From Thalia democratica (lineage: Eukaryota): 64,000 nt of DNA. The first letter of the stretch is position 1. Each line of letters starts with the position of its first letter. The stretch covers positions 4,712,001-4,776,000 of the forward strand of contig OZ241832.1 of the NCBI GenBank assembly GCA_965202585.1, given 5' to 3'. A program made the translations under genes and the position numbers. Positions 1-13,989 of this stretch are shown piece by piece. Below the pieces are notes generated by a model. That model saw only the letters and a program-made list of their open reading frames with translations, ran no database searches and was not told the DNA's origin.

Positions 1-547
1 CTGCAAGTTGCTTTTTACAGGTTTTTAAAGTTCAAATATTTTTTAAGATAGAGCAGGTCAAAGTTATAGGCAACAATAGGTTGCTTGTGCAAGGCACGAA
101 TTAAACTAGGCAAAAATGACTATTTTACTTAAATTCTATCTTCTACATTTTTTGAGATAATTACCTTAAACTTTCAGAAAGTTTTCCTTGCAACATTTAG
201 CTACAAAGTTAAAAAAAAAATTATTCAAAAAAAAAAAGTTTTTTTTTTTGCGATAAAACTTTTATTGGTTATTTTTTTTTTTTAATTCTTAGCGCTAAAA
301 TTGCAAGCAAGAATTTCTGAAAGTTCCAGGTATTTATCTCAAAAAAGTTTTTAAGAGCATAGATTTTTAGTAAAATGTTTTTTTTTGTCATTTTAGTTTG
401 AGTCTCCCATAAGGAAGTTAACTTTGACTTATATCTCTAAAACTACTTTGAATATTAAAAATCTGTAAGAAGCATCTTTTAGTTTAGTTAAAACTTATTA
501 AAAAAAAATCAAATTGTTTAAAAAAAAAAAATTAATCCCCTATGCCC
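1..547. mobile_element. Kolobok-type MITE (GGGCATAGGGG TIR, TTAA TSD), right part only
   Basis: Ends CCCCTATGCCC|TTAA. The internal sequence matches the copies at 33680, 35032 and 63097. Confidence 0.8.
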
Positions 548-2951
548 TTAAACTATCTTTTTAGTAAGTTTTATTAAAGAAAATATATTCGATTTTAAGC
601 TTTTTTTTTTTATTGTATAAAACAAAAAAAAAATTTGAAAAGGTTATACAAATTTATAACAACCTGTAATATTTTTTTAACCTACTTATATTAAAATAAT
701 CATGTATGAACAATTGCTTTATAATGATGAAATTACTGTTTATTTTTAGAGGGTCGAACACTTTTTGAATAGAAATTAATATTATCACTTTTTTGAAAGC
801 TAAAGCTACTATATTATACTTATTATGGAACCTTAAACAAATTTTTAAGCATAGAATAAACATATGAGAAGAATTTCTCATAACTAATTTGCTCACAATT
901 TTTAAAAATCTAATTTAATAAAATCTTCTCTTTCATTACTCAGCCAATTTAACTTCAAATTTATGTAAAAATTTCTATGATTTTAGGATAATTCCTATTA
1001 ACATATTTAAAAACAAATTAAACTGATTGTCTTACAACCAAAAATGTAAAGATAATTGTTTTCTTTGTTACTCAGAGTTTTAAAGAAGTCATGGTTGTTT
1101 ATTATTAAGTGGAGGTTAATTTTGATAACAAGTCTTAAACCTTGAGTTTGAGAAATTTTGATTTAAAAGTGAGAAAAGATATTATTTCAGTAATTCTGAA
1201 AGAAATCTATTGTATTCTCTAACGTTGTACTTTTAAATCTAAAAATAATAATTTTGAATTAATAAAAATGTGAAGATCAACTGCTAGGTTAGTTAAAATT
1301 ATTTAGGTGTTTAATTATTTTGTGATGAAATATTTTAGTAGTAAAGGGCATCCAAAATCTTTTTAATGAATTTTAAATGCTTATGTTAAAAGTTTTTCAT
1401 AGATCCATACAACCCTTTTTTATATTTTTAGTTTTATCAAAGTTTTGTACACTAAAAAACTATCTGCTCTTTTAATTGTAATTTTTATGTAGAAACTTTT
1501 TTTTACCTTTACTTAATAGTTTAAAGAATTTACTGTGTTAGATTTTACAAACTATTGAAAATTAAGAAATTTTGACAAAAACAAAAAAGTATCAGTAAAA
1601 ACAAATAAGAATAAATATTGAGGTTTTTTATTTAAACTTAATGAAATATTAGATTTTTTTTAAGAATTTGTTAGTCTAAGAAACAGATAACAATTAAAAA
1701 TTAGTAGCGTGAATAACCCATACGATCAATTAGTTATGTTAAGGTACTACTCTTTTGTAGAAAAGTTTTTATTAATTGTCTTGGTTTTTTGTATTGTTTA
1801 CCAGATATGTTATTTATTTAATTTGTGTGTTTGTTTAAGACTAAGATGTTTATGGCTATGTTGAACTTTGTAGGTTTTCGTTTTAAGCTTAAAATTTTAT
1901 GAAAAGTTATCAAAAAAGTAGTTTAAAGTTTTCTTTTGCTTCTTTTGTTTTGCAAAAAAAAACAAACTTGAGAATAACCTTGGTCTGAAGTATCCCATTA
2001 TCAAAAAAAAGTTTTTTTAACTTATTTAATAACTAGATATAAAGTATATTTCACCACAATTTCAAGTGGGTTTGTTTGCTTTTTTTGTTTAGAATACAAC
2101 TTAATTATTTCAGGGCTTCATACACTGAGGATAATTCAAGTTATTTGGTATTTTATTTTTAAACTCAGACTGACTAAGAATAATTTTGTTTTTTTCTATA
2201 AAAAATCAGGACAGTCAAAAGTTTTTTCAATAATCTAATGACATGTTTTTTATAAATTTCAAATGAGATTTTGTTGATTTAGTTTTAATATTTTGTTATT
2301 TTATAATCAATTGTTTTGAAGATGTAGATTTTTATTAATTTTGAAAAGTAAAAAGAAAAATTACATTTGAATAACTCAATATGACTCAGGACAGTTTTTG
2401 GTAACTCGACGTTTTTTTGACTTTAAGTGGCAGCCCTATTTTTTAAAACGCACTGGCCAGCAAACTGCAGCAAAAATAAGTAAAAGTATGAAGTTAGCAA
2501 CATACTTTTTTTAAATATTGAAAAAATGTAGTAAAACCTTCCATTTAGAGTAAAACCTTCCATTTAGAGGCCCTTGTACTTATAACTAGTACATTATTAT
2601 AGTAAATTTATTGATTCTAGAATTTATTTATAAAACACTCTTTTACTCAATTAATATTTAGTACATATTAAGTTTTTACTTATATATCCATTATATTTTT
2701 TATAAAATTTGTTATATTGATTACTAACACTTTTAATAAATGTGGCCTGCAAAATACTTAATCTAGGAAAATTGGCCTGTATTTTTTCCATAGTTAAAAT
2801 ATACGTTTTAGAACCCTGTGTTAAGTTTTGCATAAAAAACTAAGATCTTTTTTAAACTTTATCAGTTTTAAAGTTTGTAATCAAAAAATAATTATCTAAC
2901 TAAATTAAGAATAATTTGAAGAATATCCTTTAATTAAAATTTATATTACAG

Positions 2952-5900
2952 ACATACAACGGAGAAACATTTGAAGATGAATCGGTATTCGAGAGAATAT
3001 GTGGATTGACTGAAATGTTTCCTGCACCATTGAGAAAAGCGACTTCCAAAACAGCAACTATCACCGTTGATGCTTCTAACAAGCTTTACAAGTATGTTTT
3101 GTAACAAAACATGTATACTATTTCATATTTAATTCTACTAATAACTTTGTTTAAATATTTTTCTATAAAAAAGTATAATTATACTACCTTGGAATTGTGA
3201 CCATTATGCTTCTAACTTATTTTACATAATGTTTGTATGTATGAGTATAAGCACGTGATTTTTTTTCTTTGAAGCTGTAGTATAAAACCTGTAAAAAAAA
3301 TTATGTATATTGACACTGATTATTTACCATGTTATGTAGTTTTTTTTAAATGTCTCTGTTGACTTTTTTTTGAAAATTTTCTTTTTAAATTCATGAACAA
3401 TAAACTAGGCACAATCAACATTTTATTCCAAATATTGCATAAAAATTTTAAAGAGCAGTGCAACATTATGTTTACAAAAATTAAGTGTATTCTTCAAGCC
3501 TAAAGGGAGGTTTTAACTCTACTATATTATGTTTGTTTCAGTAGAAAAAGCTTCAGTAAAAATCTGAGTAAAGTTTAAGTTTTTGTATATTTTTGTTAAA
3601 GCTTTTTTCAATGCTTTTTTAAAATTGTTATCTTTTTTTTGTGATATGTATTGTTTTAGTGTAAAAAATTCACTACACTTTTTCGTTCAACTGTTAAAAA
3701 CTGCTTATATTATAGTTATCTTATATCTGAAAATTTAATTGGTGTGTAATGTAGGTGATGAGAAACACTGAATTAGTTTTAAACTTCAATACCTAATACT
3801 ATTATTCTTATTATTCAATTGTATCTATCTAAAAAAAAATAAATTGTGAAGTGCTATAAACACTTTATTCAAAATTATACATATGAAATATGATATTACT
3901 ATTGAAATGTCCCAATTACATATCAAAGTTTCTGTACACATTAATAAACACTTTTTTCAAATTCTGGTGTTGATAGGGTTATAACTTTCTTATAAAAGTT
4001 ATATTTTTTAATTCAAGTGTCTATTTTGTATTAAAGTTTTATATAGTAAGTAATTTTGTTAATAAAAAGTTTTCTAAAAAATAATATTTAGTTTTTGATT
4101 TGAAATTTAAGTTTTGTGAGTTAAAGTCTTAGTAAGGTAGTGTTTTATACACAAAAACAGCTGTTAAAGTAAAAAAAAAATTGTTTTTGTACACTAAGTA
4201 AATTTATAAAGCTGTTAAACAGTTTTCTGTGTTTTTAGTTTTTCACATATAAGTTACAAATAAAACTTGATATTTTTTATTTTTTCTAACTGGAGTTTTA
4301 TTATTTATAAAAATGTTTGTCTCATTTTTTCAACTTACTTGTTTTGTTTTTTAGACTAGTTTACTTAGTTTTCTTTCATATAACTGCAGTATATTTAAAA
4401 TTATTTTCAAAATGTTTGATTTTCTTTCATGTGTTCAACTTAGTATTTTAGCATAGCAAAGTTAAAGATAAAACTTGTTTGTTTTTTTTTTGTTAACTAT
4501 TTAAAAATTATTTTTATTAATGTTTTTAAAATAATAACATCAAACAGATTAGCGCGCTTCAGTATGTGGGTAGGTACAACTTGCTTCATGGTTTTATGTC
4601 TTCCAGTTGTTTTTGAACAAGAAAGATTTCAACTGGAGATGGCTCAGAAGACGCAAGAAAGAAGGGTAAGTAAAAAAAAATGTTGTTTAATTTATCATAT
4701 TGTGTTTAATTTTTAAAGAAGGGTTTGTAAAGTATTGTTATTTAATTTATCATATTGTGTCTATTTTTTTTAAATAGTTCAGTAATGAAATAAAATGTAA
4801 GTTTATAATCTGCTTTAAAAAAATGAATTTTAGTTGTTGATTATGTAAATAATTCTGGTAATCAGGAGAGTTTCTTAAGGTATTTGTACTAGGATTTTTG
4901 ACTTCTCTAAAGAAATATTAAAGCTAAAATACTTAAATTTATTAAGTTATTACTACTGAAAAAGTTTTTAGAAACTAATTGAAAATTAGCGGTTTAACTC
5001 ATTACATCGAGTTGTGTAATTTATATTATTGTTTTCAGATTTTATTAATTATGAAATTGTTTCAACTTATGTTTAATAATTATCCATTGAGCAACTTCTT
5101 TTTTATAAACCATAAAGTTGCAAAATGCTGTCACATAAAGCTTTAAGCAATTTAATACATCTATAAGCTTCAACCACTTATTTAAATTATAAGATTTTAA
5201 GTCAGTATACCATCGGCCTTGGTGAACATGTTATATGAAAATTATTGTTTTTATTCAATTTAAACTCTTTTATAAAATTTAAGCAAAATGCAAAATAATT
5301 ACTGTTAATAAGTTTTTTATCAAAAATTAACTTAGGTTAACTTCACCACAAGTTATTATTTGTTTGATGCAAGGTAATTTAAATTTCTTTGATATTTTCA
5401 ACATAAAATGTTAAATTAATACTAAAATTTGGTTTTTGTTCGATTGTTATTCAGTAAAAAAATCTTTAAGTAGTCAATAAAGTTTAGTTCAATTATTTCT
5501 AAAAAACTGACCAGAACTGCATACATATTTTAATTATTTCAAAAAAAATTTACTAAATTTTCTTTATTATAATTAATTCTTATATTATATGTTATCTAGT
5601 ACTGTTAATAGATGCTTTAAATTACATGTCCTTCTTTATATAATTTTTTTTACATAATTCAAAACAATTTCATTTTACTGGTATTAAATTTTCACCCTTA
5701 TAGTTATATTAATTTTATCATTTAGAGCAGCTCTTTGTTTAAAAAAGTAAATTAAAGCTTAACAGAATTGAAAAATTACAACTTTTAAAACATTCTTTCT
5801 GTTCTGTGCTTAGATATTGTTTTGTTAAATTAGGAAAATATCTTTAGTTTTGTAATTAAAATGCACAAACCATGTTTTTTTGGTTATTTAAGTTTTTTTT

Positions 5901-5982
5901 TACTTTTGCATATTTTTTCAAATAATAATTATAATATTACTTTTAGATGCTTCTAGGACCAAACATCGGACAAGCAAGCTAA
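2952..5982 (+). CDS. TOMM22: Mitochondrial import receptor subunit TOM22 (5'-partial; exons 2952-3091, 4548-4665, 5947-5982)
   Basis: Manual splicing with AG/GT sites and consistent phases gives TYNGETFEDESVFERICGLTEMFPAPLRKATSKTATITVDASNKLYK|LARFSMWVGTTCFMVLCLPVVFEQERFQLEMAQKTQERR|MLLGPNIGQAS*. This matches the TOM22 motifs (ER-x-x-GLTEMFP; W-x-GTT-x-F-M-x-L-x-LPVVFE; Q-rich tail ending in LLGPN). The start exon was not located and is probably upstream of the window. Confidence 0.93.
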
Positions 5983-6681
5983 ACAATTAGACAATTTTGA
6001 AAAAATAATCTAGTTCAATTTAATGTCGTAATTAATTATTTCGTTAATAAATTGTCCTTTATTTATTTTTATAATTGATACAAATGCTTTGAAACGTTTT
6101 TAATACAAGTTTTGAATTTCTACTAGTTTGAAGTTTTTGTAATTGAATTGAAGAGTATTTTTTATTTTTAAGTGATTTGTTAAAATAAATGTTTTAAAGC
6201 ATGTTTGTTGTTGTAATTTTCTTATTACTTTATTCTAGATAAGTTTAACTGATATTTCAATGCTTTAAAAGTGTTACAACTAGTATCTATCAGTTATTAT
6301 ATGAATTTTTTTTCCCAACATCAAAACAAGAAACATTTTACAAATAAGAAAAAAAAAGTACTTTTTTTGTTTATTAACTTTATTAAAAACTGTTAGTTTT
6401 TAATACTACTCTATTAAATATTTTTTTTACTAAAATTATGTTTACGTGGTTATAAAAAAATTGTAAATTTTTAAAATTTAATAATTTAGTTAAAATTTAT
6501 GTTAAATACTTTAGCTTATGTTAATTAACTTTACTAAACAAAATTTTTAGTATATAATTTTATTATTGATAATTACTTTTTATTCAAAGTGGCAAAACAT
6601 GTTTTAACATGTAATTTTAATCCTAATTTGTGTTTGATACTAGCAAAAAAAAATATTTTTTAAATTATATACTTCGGGTTG

Positions 6682-6945
6682 CTGTCTAAATTGCACGATG
6701 ACACTTTTGCACGAGTTGTTTTTATTTTAATCTTATTAATTTTCCTTTTTTTTCTACTGTCACTGTTACCCCTTACCCTCGGTCGTTAAGATAATTTGTT
6801 TTTTTTTTAATATCCCTGTTACCCCTTACCCTTGGTCAGTAACTATTTTTAGTATTTTTTATTTTATTTTTTTACTCTCGTGCAAAAATGTAACTTCTGC
6901 AAAGTTGACCCTTGGGGCAAAATCGTCATAGTGCAATTTAGACTC
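6682..6945. mobile_element. MITE with GTCTAAATTGCAC-x-ATGAC TIRs and internal CCCCTTACCC repeats
   Basis: Inverted ends at 6684-6702 and 6925-6945. A related copy lies at ~17726-17940 and a related internal motif at ~45930-45957. Confidence 0.6.
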
Positions 6946-7568
6946 CATATGCGATAAGTCACTTACAGAAATATTGTAGCAGTTTCTGTAAGTGAATTAT
7001 TTAATGAAGAAGTTACCGGTTTTTGTTAGCATACTCATTTTCCTTGTGTTTAAAAGTTTAATTTCAGACTTAATGAGTTAAACTCCTTAAATTTTGTGAA
7101 TAATAGACGTTTTAAATAAAAACAAGCTTTAGAATTTTAAACATCTGTAGATTATATATAATTTTTAAAAAGTTTAATGAGTATATTATAAATTTCTCTC
7201 GCATGAACGATGATCACAAGTAATTAAATTTATAAACAACAATGGATAAACACTATATAAGGTTTTAGCTTGGTTAACTCTCAAAATAACTTTCAATTAA
7301 GCTGGTTTTTTGCACTCTGAAGCGAATTGTGACGTAAGAAGTTTGTAATCACAAACAAGTTGATTTTTTACTATACATTGCAACCACCGTATAAGGTTGT
7401 ATCAAACAATTTAAGTGTCTTGTTTGTCAATTTTACAATCACTGTAACGTGATTGAAATAATGTATGTCATAAACAAAGCTGTGATCTGCGGTTACTAAG
7501 AAATGTAAACAATCACATATAAAAGTGTCCGTTTTGGTGTGTTTATAAATTTTTAAAGATCCTTTACA

Positions 7569-7990
7569 GCAGGGTTTCCCAAAGTGAGCGGTACTGCCCC
7601 CTGGGAGCGATTTTTGTAAGTTGGAGGGCAATAACTAGTAAAGGGGCGATTTTTAAACTTACACTAGATATTGTTGAGTTAAAGAGCAAAAAAAAAGGTC
7701 TTAGGTTGTTCAGGGTTGCCACTTTACCTGGAATTTGACAATTAAGGCTAAAATAACCTGGAATTTGAGAAATTTTGAAAAAAAAACTTGGAAATTTGAT
7801 CAAAAAACCTAGAATTTTAAATAACTTTAACATTTTCAGTTGTAAAATTTTGATTTGACACAAAAAATCTGTCATATAATTAAGATTTTTTGTCATCATC
7901 AAAAAATCTTTTATTAAAAAACACATTTAAACGAACTTTACAGTAATTTTTCAATGCATTTATTCTATTAAACACAGTTTCTTTAATAAA
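7569..7990. mobile_element. Nested, truncated hAT-like MITEs (CAGGGTTTCCCAAA end at 7569; CAGGGTTGCCA element from 7711)
   Basis: Sequence from 7711 onward aligns with the left two-thirds of the 37002 element; no right TIR is seen. Confidence 0.65.
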
Positions 7991-8019
7991 AATTAATTGT
8001 CCTAAGAACTAACTAAAAC

Positions 8020-9085
8020 GTTACACGCAAACTAATAATAAAATTACTATTTACTTAATTGCTTGGACAAAACGTTAAACTGCACCCATGTGGTGTACAA
8101 ATCTGTTGTCGAAAGATTTTTCGTGCACCAGGTTCTAGAACCAAATATTTTGAGCGCTTTTTTTGCCGTTCAATGAACACAACTTATGATAGTTTAAATT
8201 GTTTTAAAATTGAATTACCTTTTAATTAAATTACAACTTGAAAGTTTCACTCCTTTAACACACAATAACAAACAACAAAATAAAACTTCGTTTTAACTAT
8301 GCATCAAAATGGTTCTTTTTTTTTTGTCTAAATTAACACAAAACCTTCATTTTTTGTAACAAAAAAAAAATTTTCGAAGTTTTGTATGTAACTGATGGTT
8401 CCAAAATATGTCTAGTTTATATTTCAAAGTTGTTAACAGTAAGCATATAAGAACTTTAAATTTTTTTTTTGTTTGAATATCTGAAAAATACATTTTATAC
8501 ATTAAAAAACATATTCTTTTTCAGCAGATATACTAATTTGTAATCTTTAATTTGTATGAACTATTTGTTTACAAAACTGTGGTCAAAATGTTTAAAGAAG
8601 TTACACTTGTATAAAATTGATCGTTTAAGAAATGTTATATACCAAGTTTAAAAGGTTTTCCAAGTTAAAATAGAAAGGTTTTTTAACATAAATGAGTTTA
8701 TCAATATTCAGTTGTGTCAAGTATAAATGCGTACGAATATCATTTCGATAACAGAAAATGTCATCATTGTTTATTGAAGCAGTTAAATTATTATTTACAT
8801 ATATGTTAAATATTTTACACAATAAAAAAAGTTTTAAATTTTTTCGTTACTGTATCTGTTATAAAACACTTCTTAAGAACAGACTGCTGTTTAAACTTCA
8901 CTAAACTATTAAATTTAAACATTTGAATTGAAACTTTTAGAGCGCTCAAAGTAGTTGGTTCTAGAACCTGGTGTACGAAAAATCTTTCGCCTACCGAGTC
9001 GTACACCACTTGTAGTATTAGTTTAACGTTTTGTCCAGGACAAGCATTTGCGTAAGTAGTAATTTTATTATAAGTTTGCGTTTAA
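8020..9085. repeat. Cassette bounded by ~140-bp inverted repeats containing module X
   Basis: 8020-8160 is the reverse complement of 8935-9085. The interior 8160-8935 is homologous (same strand) to 26750-27200 plus 27900-28270. Confidence 0.75.
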
Positions 9086-9651
9086 CGTTTTAATTTTTTA
9101 GTAGGGGGTTACATTGTTGAGTCAAGATATGGCGTTATTGAGAAATACTTATACGAATTCATACAATTACTAGGTCTCACGGCTGATCAGATTATCAAAC
9201 TGCGATTTTTCTTCAAACACTGTAAAGATTTTGTTAGAAGACAAAGGTTAAGATTTAAACCTTAGTTAATTGTATCAATGAAAATAAAATAATAAAATAT
9301 TATTTTGTTAATCAAATATTACCTATAACTTCTAAAAAAGTTCATGTCATAATCCATGTACACCAGAATGAAATACATGCGTTATGCACACTTTTTTTTG
9401 GTGTGAATGTGTTGAAAACTTTTGGCCTTCTCTTAACGACAAAAACAAATAATAATCACATCATAGTGACTTTTAAATAATTGCAAACTATTAATATTTA
9501 AAACAGCAGTTAGTAAGCAATCGTATTTGGATCTATTACAAAATTGTAAACATGTGTTTGCAGTCGTATAGTACTTACGTCACAGAAAAAGATAAATCGT
9601 TATTACATCACAGAAGTAATTTAAAACGCACTCACTTTGTCAACTCATTTT

Positions 9652-11073
9652 CGGTAGGACTTTTTATGGGTAGTTTTGAATATTGGGTACTTTTAGTTGC
9701 AGCAATTTTGCAATAAAAAGTACCCAATATTTTGATGATGTCATTAACTTTACTTTGGGTACTTTTGAAGCTTAAACTTTCTTAACAAAACAAAACTGCT
9801 GTCCAGGCCTATGATAAATTAGCTTTGTTCATTTTTCTAAATATGAAAATAACTATACCTGTATATAATAAAACAATAGAAGGTAAATAAATATTTCTCT
9901 TTCTTAATAAAATTATAGAAATATAATTTTCTACCTTGATATTTTTTGTGTAAGTTACAATTTTAAGTTCAAGCACAAATTAAGCTATTGACTTTTTAAA
10001 TTTTTCTTTTATAGTTTATTGATGAATTTCAATCATAGAAAAATTTGAACTAGTTGTACATAAGTTATGTACTTCTATAAAAGCTACCTTTTTTTAGTTT
10101 GAAATAAATCTAACAGGGTGGCCATCAAACCTAGATGCTTATGGAAATCTTGGAATGTTGTATAAAATCTTAGAATGACTTTAAATTCTGATCACTTGTT
10201 TTTTTAGAAAAGTAATTAAGACTTGCATTTAAAAAATATACTAAATTTAGAAAAGTTTAATAAAATTTCAAAAAAAATTTAGGAGTCACCTTGGGTACAG
10301 GAAAGGTGTAGATCTCTTTTATTACAAGTTGATGTCACTTTACAAATTTTAATCTAAACTACAAGTAGCTTTATACAGATTTTTTATACCAAAACAAACT
10401 TTTGATATGTAACATTAAAATAGGAGAGTACAGTAGGTTTTAATTGTCATCTTTTTTACTTTTTTCTTTTTATTAATAAATATTGAAAGGAATACTTCCT
10501 AAAAATTTAAGCAGGGTTGCCAACACACCTGGAATCCAGGAACTTGTCAGTTTAAACAAAAACTGGAAAAACTTTAAACTTGTGAAATTAAAAAAATTGA
10601 AAAAATTTGGTTTTCAAAACAAAAATCACCTAAAAATCTGCAACTTTTAAACTACTTCTACATGGAAAATAATGAAATTTTCATAAAATATAATAACTTA
10701 AAGTCATCAATAAACTATGAAAGAAAAATTTAAAAAGTCAATAGCTAAATTTGTGCTTGAATTAAAAATTGTAACTTACACAAAAAATATCAAGGTTGAA
10801 AATTATATTTCTATAATTTTGTTAACATAGGGAAATATTTATTTACCTTCTATTGTTTTATTTTAGATATAGTTATATTCATATGTAAAAAAATAAACAA
10901 AGTGAACTTATTATAGGCCTGGACAGCAGTTTTGTTTTGTTAAGAAAGTTTAAGCTTCAAAAGTACCCAAAGTAAAGTTAATGACATAATCAAAATATTG
11001 GGTACTTTTTATTGCAAAATTGCTGCAATTAAAAGTACCCAATATTTAAAACTACCCATAAAAAGTCCTATCC
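9652..11073. mobile_element. Non-autonomous Mutator-like (MULE) element with ~370-bp TIRs and a 9-bp TSD
   Basis: 9652-~10025 is the reverse complement of ~10700-11073 (ends CGGTAGGAC / GTCCTATCC). It is flanked by ACTCATTTT at 9643-9651 and 11074-11082. The interior carries hAT-like MITE fragments (10114-10293 and from 10512). Confidence 0.85.
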
Positions 11074-13470
11074 ACTCATTTTGATAATTTATAGTGACAA
11101 GCATTTTTTAAGATAAAATGATTTCACAACTACACTTTTTCATAACACTTTTGTTTTACGCACGCGACTATTTTGCACAATCCACAACTTTGCAAAGATG
11201 ACATTTTTTGCGGAGGTCCTAGTTATATGGCGTCATAGCATATCGGAAGGCTAAAGAGTCAAGATTTAAGGTTTTTAAGGATTGAGGATGTTTGATAAAG
11301 AATCGTGTTAATTGATGAAATGTTTTAAATAAAGATTAATCAATATGATGAGTAAAACACTTGGAAAAATTATAAAAAAATGATGAGAGTATATATTAAA
11401 GATGAGTTGGTTACGGCTAACAATTAGATTTAGGAGCTACAAGTTGAATTTAAAGGTAAACATTTTGAGTTAAATTTTCAAGGACTTAATTTAAATATTA
11501 GTTTTTAGTTTGTTCAGATATTTAAAATGATAAAGTCTTTATTACTTTTGTTCTTTTTTTTATTACTTTTATTGAGTAATAAAAAAAACGATTTTCAATT
11601 ATATATGTCGTTATGGTTATTTTAAATATTTAAATAGGTTTTAGTATGAAACTATTAAACTTAAATATCAATATGTAACTTGAATTTTTTTTATACTTTT
11701 ACTGTTTTTCCTGCGGCTAAACATTCAAGTAACAAATTTTATATAGAAAGTAACCCAGTTAGTTAATAAACTTCTAGAAAATTTATTATTTAAATAGCTT
11801 TAAAAAAATAAAGTTTTATTTTCAAATAGAAATCTGAGTTTTTGTTTAAAAATGTATAAGCACGGAAAAAATACTTTCTTTACTAAGAACACATACAATA
11901 GAAGTAAAATTTAGAACCACAATAAAATAAAGTTTAAAAAGTAAACTTTGAAAATGCACATAGTAACTCTTTTTTTTTAGGTAAGGTAAGTGAAAGTTTT
12001 CAAATATAACACCTTTAATCAATTTTAAAATAAAAAAAACGATATACTAAATTTGTTTCAGAAACCCAAAAAGTGAAACTATTTGAATAAAAAAAATTAC
12101 TAGTTGGCAACAAATATATTCAAAGTAGTTATTTATTAGTATTAATTCAAATAAAATTCACTAATTCTCCTGAACATGACGTTTCACTGAAACCAAGTGG
12201 TGTTCGACAACCAAAAGGTTTTTCTACACCAGGTTCTAGAACCAATTATTTTGAGATTATTTTGTTGTTTAATAAACTATTTGTTTAAAAAACTTTTATA
12301 CTAAAAACTTTTTTATTAAAAATAAAACACTAAAATTCTTTTTCAAAAAATAAAGTTAGAACTAAATTGTATGTTTAAATATTTTAAACCAACTAGTATG
12401 ATAAATAACTGTTTTAGTTTTTATTTGTGGTTTACTAATTTATTTAAAAATATTTTGAAGAAGGTAAATTATTTCAAATTAAATCAGTTTGTATCTTATA
12501 GTTCAACACAAGCTTTTAAATTTTTTACTTAAGTTAGTAGTATTCTACCATTTTTTATTCCTTAAAAAAAATGACTAAATCGTTTATAATTCAAAATTAC
12601 TAAACTGAAATTATTTTTTGTGAAGCAAATTAGTTCCTAACACCGATATTTAAATTAAAAATTAAATTAGTTTTTTTTTTAGATGTTGTTAAATTGATTA
12701 CTCTTTTGTTTTTTTAATACTTGACATTTTTAATCAGTTCAATATCTTAAAAAGAATATGTATTAAAAAGTCAGTTTAGTTTTTTTAATTTTGTATAATA
12801 TATCACTTTATTGTTTTTTAATATTTTACATTTATAATTGTTGAACATCTTGAAAAGAATATGTATTAAAAAGTTAGTGCCTTGTTATTCTATAATCTAG
12901 CCATATATTAATCAATAACATAGGCTAAACCATTGAATTAAAATGTTGATTTGAATAAATAATTAAACAAGTTTGTAGTATAAAATAAAGTTAAGCTAAA
13001 AACTAATCAGCAAATTACATGAAAAGCAGTATTTATTTCCTTTAAATTTATGATAAATGCATGTTTTCATATTGTTTACATCAAGTAATAGTTTAAAGGT
13101 AGTTAAAGAGTTCAACTTAATAATTAGTTTTCATAACTAACATTTTGCATCACTAGTACTTATTTGTATGTACTACTTCAACATACTACAAAACTAACAA
13201 TGTTAATTATAAACTACCATAAATGTTTTACAAAGGTAGCTCAAAAAAGTTTAAACTTTTTATAAGCTCAAATGAACTATTCCTCCGAACTTCAAAGTTT
13301 ATTGTAAATAAAGGTTTAGAACTTTTAAAAAACAAGTAAAATACATAACGATTTACTAAATTTTGTAAAGATAAAAATTCCAAACACATATGTAAAAGTA
13401 AGAAAAACTTTAACATATTGTTTACTGATAAAATATCATTTTTTTTCAGCAGTTATTCGAATTTAAAATC

Positions 13471-13989
13471 ATGTTTAAACGTAAAGTAAAGAAAACAAAA
13501 GTTCCTGTGAAGATGACAACTAAAGAGGATGAGAATTTGCAAAACAAAAGTTGCTATACAAGTGCAAATACTCCAACTTCAAATTCCAAAACTCCAAACA
13601 GTGAAATATTTAGAGATTTAGGAGCAACAAACCCTAGTGCAACAAACAAACTTTTTCCTGGTTCATCATTGTATGATCCCACTTTTGAAGAAGATATAAA
13701 TGGAATAAGTGGCCGACCCACAACTCTAAATTAAAAAAAAGATGTAGAAGTTATTAATCTAGAACGTCACCTTAGTGCTGTGAACAGGAGAATTACTCAA
13801 TTAAGTGATTTCTATAACAAAATAGTTGATCGCCTCGATAATATGGAGCTGTCTCGTAAAAGTAATAACAATAAAAGTATTGTAGAACGTATTGATAGCT
13901 TGGAAAGAATGCAAACATTGTATTGCCTGGTTAATATCTTATTTTTAATTTTCTTGATTGTGCATAAAGTTTATTTTCAAAATGTTTAA
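13471..13989 (+). pseudogene. Orphan tail-anchored coiled-coil protein, copy 1 (single in-frame TAA at 13732-13734)
   Basis: ORFs 13471-13734 and 13780-13989 are in the same frame, separated by one TAA where copies 2 and 3 have AAA. The product has a low-complexity N-terminus, a heptad-like segment (VINLERHLSAVNRRITQLSD...IVERIDSLERMQ) and a C-terminal hydrophobic stretch. A polyT-CAGCAG acceptor lies just upstream (13441-13452). Confidence 0.7.

Noticed and set aside
654-7926. ORF-track entries 654-896, 2651-2833, 7371-7631, 7564-7926
   Set aside because: Low-complexity K/F/I/L/N-rich translations of AT-rich or MITE sequence with no motifs and no splice support.
8091-8142. Module X as a structured ncRNA (SL RNA, U7-like or Helitron hairpin)
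   Set aside because: The stem is broken without compensation in several copies, it does not resemble Hydra SL sequences as I recall them, and sequence after CTAG is conserved, unlike a Helitron 3' end.
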